From contig OZ242221.1 of NCBI GenBank assembly GCA_965206845.1, positions 224,001 through 288,000 of the forward strand: a DNA stretch of 64,000 nucleotides, written 5' to 3'. The notes beneath the pieces are model-generated. The model was given only the letters and a program-made list of their open reading frames with translations. It made no database searches and had not been told where the DNA came from. Positions within the stretch are counted from its first letter, which is position 1. Each line of letters starts with the position of its first letter. This DNA is from Cenarchaeum sp. (GTDB lineage Archaea; Thermoproteota; Nitrososphaeria; Nitrososphaerales; Nitrosopumilaceae). Below, piece by piece: positions 60,653 through 64,000 of this stretch. A program made the position numbers and the translations under genes.

Positions 60653-60823
60653 TTAGTCGTCGTCGTCTCCGTCCAGTCTCCAAGACTTTACAAGCTCCTT
60701 CTGAAACTGATCGGCCTGCTTCTCGTTCAAGGAAATGCCGCAGTTTTTGTGTGTCGGAACTATGATCATTCCGTCAAGCTTGAACTCGACCTCGAAGAGA
60801 TGCACTCTGGAACAGTCACACAT
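60653..60823 (-). CDS. Small protein (56 aa), possible metal-binding
   Basis: MCDCSRVHLFEVEFKLDGMIIVPTHKNCG...SWRLDGDDDD; TATA-like AATATA ~25 nt upstream; below the ORF-track cutoff. Confidence 0.75.
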   Translation of the reverse strand: MCDCSRVHLFEVEFKLDGMIIVPTHKNCGISLNEKQADQFQKELVKSWRLDGDDDD

Positions 60824-60883
60824 TTCTAAATTTGGGTAATTCTGCCTCTATATTTGCCTATTTGGCGCCATCAGGATCTGTAG

Positions 60884-61908
60884 TATGTGGAAATTATGTC
60901 CGCTAGTCACTGGAGTCTGCCTCCATCCGTTTTGGGTCCTTTTTCCTGATCGCTTCTGTTGCCTTTTTGGTGAAAAACGCCTTGAGCGGGGTCTCGTAGT
61001 TACCGGTGTCCAATGAAAAGTGCAGTCTTCTCTCGTACTCAACATAACTGGACAGGCTCTCGCAGTGAAAGATCTCCTCCCCTATGCTTCTGTGGAACCG
61101 TTCCAGCTTGCCGTTTGTCTGCAGGCGGTACGGTCTGGAGTTGATCAGCTCGATGCCCCTGTCCAGGAGCTCGCTCTCAAACACGGTCGGCTGCCAGGAC
61201 TTTTTTGGCTCCTTTCTGAGAACACCGACAAAGCAGGATCCGTTGTCCGAGAGTATCGTGGCCGGGGTTCCGAACCTTTCGATTGCCTGCCGGAGCACTG
61301 CCACGGCGTTCCCTGATGTGGCCTCCGCGAACAGGACTGCCCCGGTCACGTGCCGGGAGGCATCGTCAAGAAACGCTATCAAATTGAGCCCTCTGAAGCG
61401 TGGATCCTTCATTATATGCCAGCCCGTATGCCACATGGAGTTGGAGTGCCTCCTCTCGTAGCGTATCCATTTTCTCTTCCTGGACTTTGCGACCGACGGG
61501 GCCACCAGCCCGTTCCCCTTCATTATCCCATATATGCTGCTGCATCTTATAGCGTGGCCTTTCTGCAGGCGCCTAGCCATGCGCGGCACGCCGACCGGCT
61601 CCCGCTTGTTCTCCTCAAGCACCATCCGTATCTCGTCCGTGGTGGGCTACACTGGCTTCCTTCCCGGGCGACGCGGCACATGCGAGGTGCCCGTCCTGCA
61701 GAACCCGGCCCACAGCCTCCTGACATGTCTGGACGTCACACCCAGTTCTGATGCTATCGTAGACGCGCCTTTGCCCTTCTTACGCTGTCTTATCGCGTAT
61801 CGTACGGCATCCGCCGTCAGTCGTTTTACCACTTCTTTTCTTGATCGGTAAAGGGCAAAGTAATCCTCCACGCTACGCCTGATCTTAGGTGGACATAATT
61901 GTCGTACA
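60884..61908 (-). mobile_element. Degenerate IS481-like element (transposase 60903-61832)
   Basis: HTH + rve core (LDDASR, SDNG, QTNGKLERFH); in-frame TAG at 61647; WHTG in place of WHTD; TIR core AATTATGTCC / GGACATAATT. Confidence 0.88.
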
Positions 61909-62217
61909 ACAGAGGCGCCATCAGGATCTGCGGGGGGACTTCCCCCGTTCACCCACGCCAGGCAGGCCCGGGCCTGCGGCATATCTACGACTCCCGGAGA
62001 GGCAGGCACCGTCGCCGGATCACGCAAGCTGCAGTCCGGCCCCGTACCTGCGGCGCTCCTGGCCTGCACCCGTTCCTTGTGCGGGATCGTCTGCAGTGCC
62101 AGGCCGGGAGCAAAAATACTCCCGGACGCGCAGAACCGTGCCCAAGTACAGGGGGCCTGCCCCGCATCGCACCTTAAAAGATAGGGTTTTATAGCAACAG
62201 CCAAGATCCTGCTTTGG

Positions 62218-62291
62218 GCAGTTGTAGTATAGCTTGGTTATTATGCGAGCTTGCCAAGTTCGTGGCCCGGGTTCAAATCCCGGCAACTGCA
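62218..62291 (+). tRNA. tRNA-Gly(GCC)
   Basis: GCAGTTG/CAACTGC acceptor, CGAGC-TTGCCAA-GTTCG anticodon arm, GGTTCAAATCC; TTTTATA upstream. Confidence 0.95.
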
Positions 62292-62293
62292 TT

Positions 62294-62713
62294 CTATCTA
62301 GGCACCAGCGCCTTTCGGATGATCCCCAGCGCGTCATGGGCCTTCTCGGGCCTTGGCAGCTGGATCATGAACACGCGGGACTCGCCGGGCGCCCGTGCAG
62401 ACAGGACCAGTACTGCGTGCGCAGCCAGAAGCTCAAAGAAACCCAGCGACTCGCTTGCATTTACAAGGATCTTCTCGGATATGCCCCCTTGCGAGAACGC
62501 AAGCGTCACCTCCACAAAGACGTGGCCCAGCCCGTCGTGTAGTATGTTGAGATTCGTCTCAACGGAGACGGGCTTTCCTGCAACACTGTCCATGATCTCG
62601 TCGAACCGGGCCTCCTCCAGCACGATACACGGAAGGATCGAGCCCCCATGGCCAAAGGTGGTGATGCCCGGATGCGCCATCCGCTGCAGCCTTTCTCTCT
62701 CATCAGGGCACAT
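62294..62713 (-). CDS. Hypothetical protein; start uncertain
   Basis: Protein-like ORF directly after the antiporter stop. Confidence 0.7.
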   Translation of the reverse strand: MCPDERERLQRMAHPGITTFGHGGSILPCIVLEEARFDEIMDSVAGKPVSVETNLNILHDGLGHVFVEVTLAFSQGGISEKILVNASESLGFFELLAAHAVLVLSARAPGESRVFMIQLPRPEKAHDALGIIRKALVPR

Positions 62714-64000
62714 CTAATCACTCGACACTTTTGTGACTACCCTCTCGCCGGTTTTGATAAGAAACGGCGATATGAACGCAGTAATAATCGTGATCATCCC
62801 TATCAGCGGAAACAGGAAGCTGCTCACGGCCCCCAGATCCACACCGACCTTGATGATGACAATGGAGAACTCGCCCCTGGGGGCTGCCAGGGTAAAGGCG
62901 GACCGAACCGCGTTCTCCTTCTTCTGCCTGAACAGCATGCTGGCAAGAAAGTTTCCACCCAGCTTCATCGCCCCGGCCACTACAATCAGCACCACTGCCA
63001 GAATTATGTAGTTCTCAAGCTGGCTTATGTCCATGAGTGCTCCAATGGATATGAAGAACACCGCGACAAACATGTCCTTTATGGGGCTTGCAAGCAGCTT
63101 GGATACTTCCGAGGATTTGGACTCGGCCACCAGCACGCCGGCCAGAAATGCCCCTATCGCCACTGACAGGCCCACCACGTTGGCCAAAAGCGCGTAGCCA
63201 AAGCAGACACCAAGTATGGCAAGCAACAGTATCTCCCGGTGCTCGGCTGCGGCCACTTTATCTATAATTGGCGGGATCGTCATCTTGCCGACAGTAAAGG
63301 TGCCGATGATGAGGCCTGCTGCCACGACAACCACCACCAGGACGCCGTCAATCGAGAGTGTCCCCACCAAGGCAATGGACTGCAGTGACGAGAGCAGTAT
63401 GACGGCGATCACGTCCTCCACAATCAGTATTCCCAGTACGAGGATCGACGACTCTTTCTTTATCTTCCCCATATCGGTGAGAATCTTGACTATAACGGCA
63501 GTGCTGCTGATGGACATGGCAGCGGCAAGGAACAGGGAGTCCATGAAGGTCAGACCCATGGCAGTTGAGACCAGAAAGACGGCACCCAGTGTGGCAAATA
63601 GTCCAATGGTGCCCACGCCCACCGCAACCTTTCCTATGGATCGGATCTTGGCGTACGGAAACTCGATCCCGATTACGAACATCAACAGTATCACGCCAAG
63701 CTCCGCAAAGAGGTTCAGGGCCGAGATGTCAGACAGCAGGCCGATGCCGACGCCGGTACCGGGATCCGCAGGGGCGACGCCCCCGGGAAGCAGGAGCGAC
63801 CACAGGGGGGACAGCGGGCCTATCAACATGCCGGCAAACAGGTAGCCGATTATCAGCGGCTGCTTGATCTTAAAGAAGGCCATTGTAACAGTCGAGCCCA
63901 CAATCATGATGATGGCAAGATCCGTGATAAACGATGTGTGCGGGATCTCTGGCGTGAGCTGGTTGATGACACCGGTTGCGTTTCCGCCTAGCAGGCCCTG
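62714..64000 (-). CDS. Cation:proton antiporter (CPA2/KefB-like); 5' end beyond the window
   Basis: QPLIIGYL.AG, AELGVILLMF.IG.E, SSTAV, LIVED, GAFLAG, FFISIG, PRGEFS. Confidence 0.95.
   Translation of the reverse strand, partial: QGLLGGNATGVINQLTPEIPHTSFITDLAIIMIVGSTVTMAFFKIKQPLIIGYLFAGMLIGPLSPLWSLLLPGGVAPADPGTGVGIGLLSDISALNLFAELGVILLMFVIGIEFPYAKIRSIGKVAVGVGTIGLFATLGAVFLVSTAMGLTFMDSLFLAAAMSISSTAVIVKILTDMGKIKKESSILVLGILIVEDVIAVILLSSLQSIALVGTLSIDGVLVVVVVAAGLIIGTFTVGKMTIPPIIDKVAAAEHREILLLAILGVCFGYALLANVVGLSVAIGAFLAGVLVAESKSSEVSKLLASPIKDMFVAVFFISIGALMDISQLENYIILAVVLIVVAGAMKLGGNFLASMLFRQKKENAVRSAFTLAAPRGEFSIVIIKVGVDLGAVSSFLFPLIGMITIITAFISPFLIKTGERVVTKVSSD

Noticed and set aside
15510-61649. Amber (TAG) reassignment suggested by two transposases with in-frame TAG
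   Set aside because: Core genes (msrB, DRG GTPase, cdvA, fen) end at TAG, and the IS481-like copy has other lesions, so it is a pseudogene

Overview
Archaeal genomic DNA. The gene set (cdvA, double-domain thyX, proteasome beta, FEN1, DRG GTPase, TrmI, conserved small proteins) points to a GC-rich Nitrosopumilaceae-type thaumarchaeote. DUF285 surface proteins, IS debris and long spacers fit a host-associated, Cenarchaeum-like lineage (inference). Positions ~2-20 kb form an accessory island with IS630/IS6 remnants, three kinds of MITE, low-GC acquired genes, a DUF285-repeat surface protein with an orphan duplicate, and an apparent 8.1-kb insertion flanked by an 8-bp duplication. Positions ~20-64 kb are mostly core genes plus tRNA-Ser(CGA) and tRNA-Gly(GCC). 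Best candidates for undescribed biology: (1) an operon of a Ddl-like ATP-grasp ligase fused to a degenerate M20 domain, a gamma-glutamyltransferase and an N-formylglutamate amidohydrolase, followed by an HD/GNAT-like gene; (2) an HNH nuclease fused to a HIT domain lacking its catalytic His, next to tRNA-Ser; (3) a 44-aa metallothionein-like ORF below the ORF-track cutoff; (4) a ~280-nt candidate pseudoknotted RNA upstream of thyX. All calls come from reading motifs by eye; no database search or folding calculation was run.
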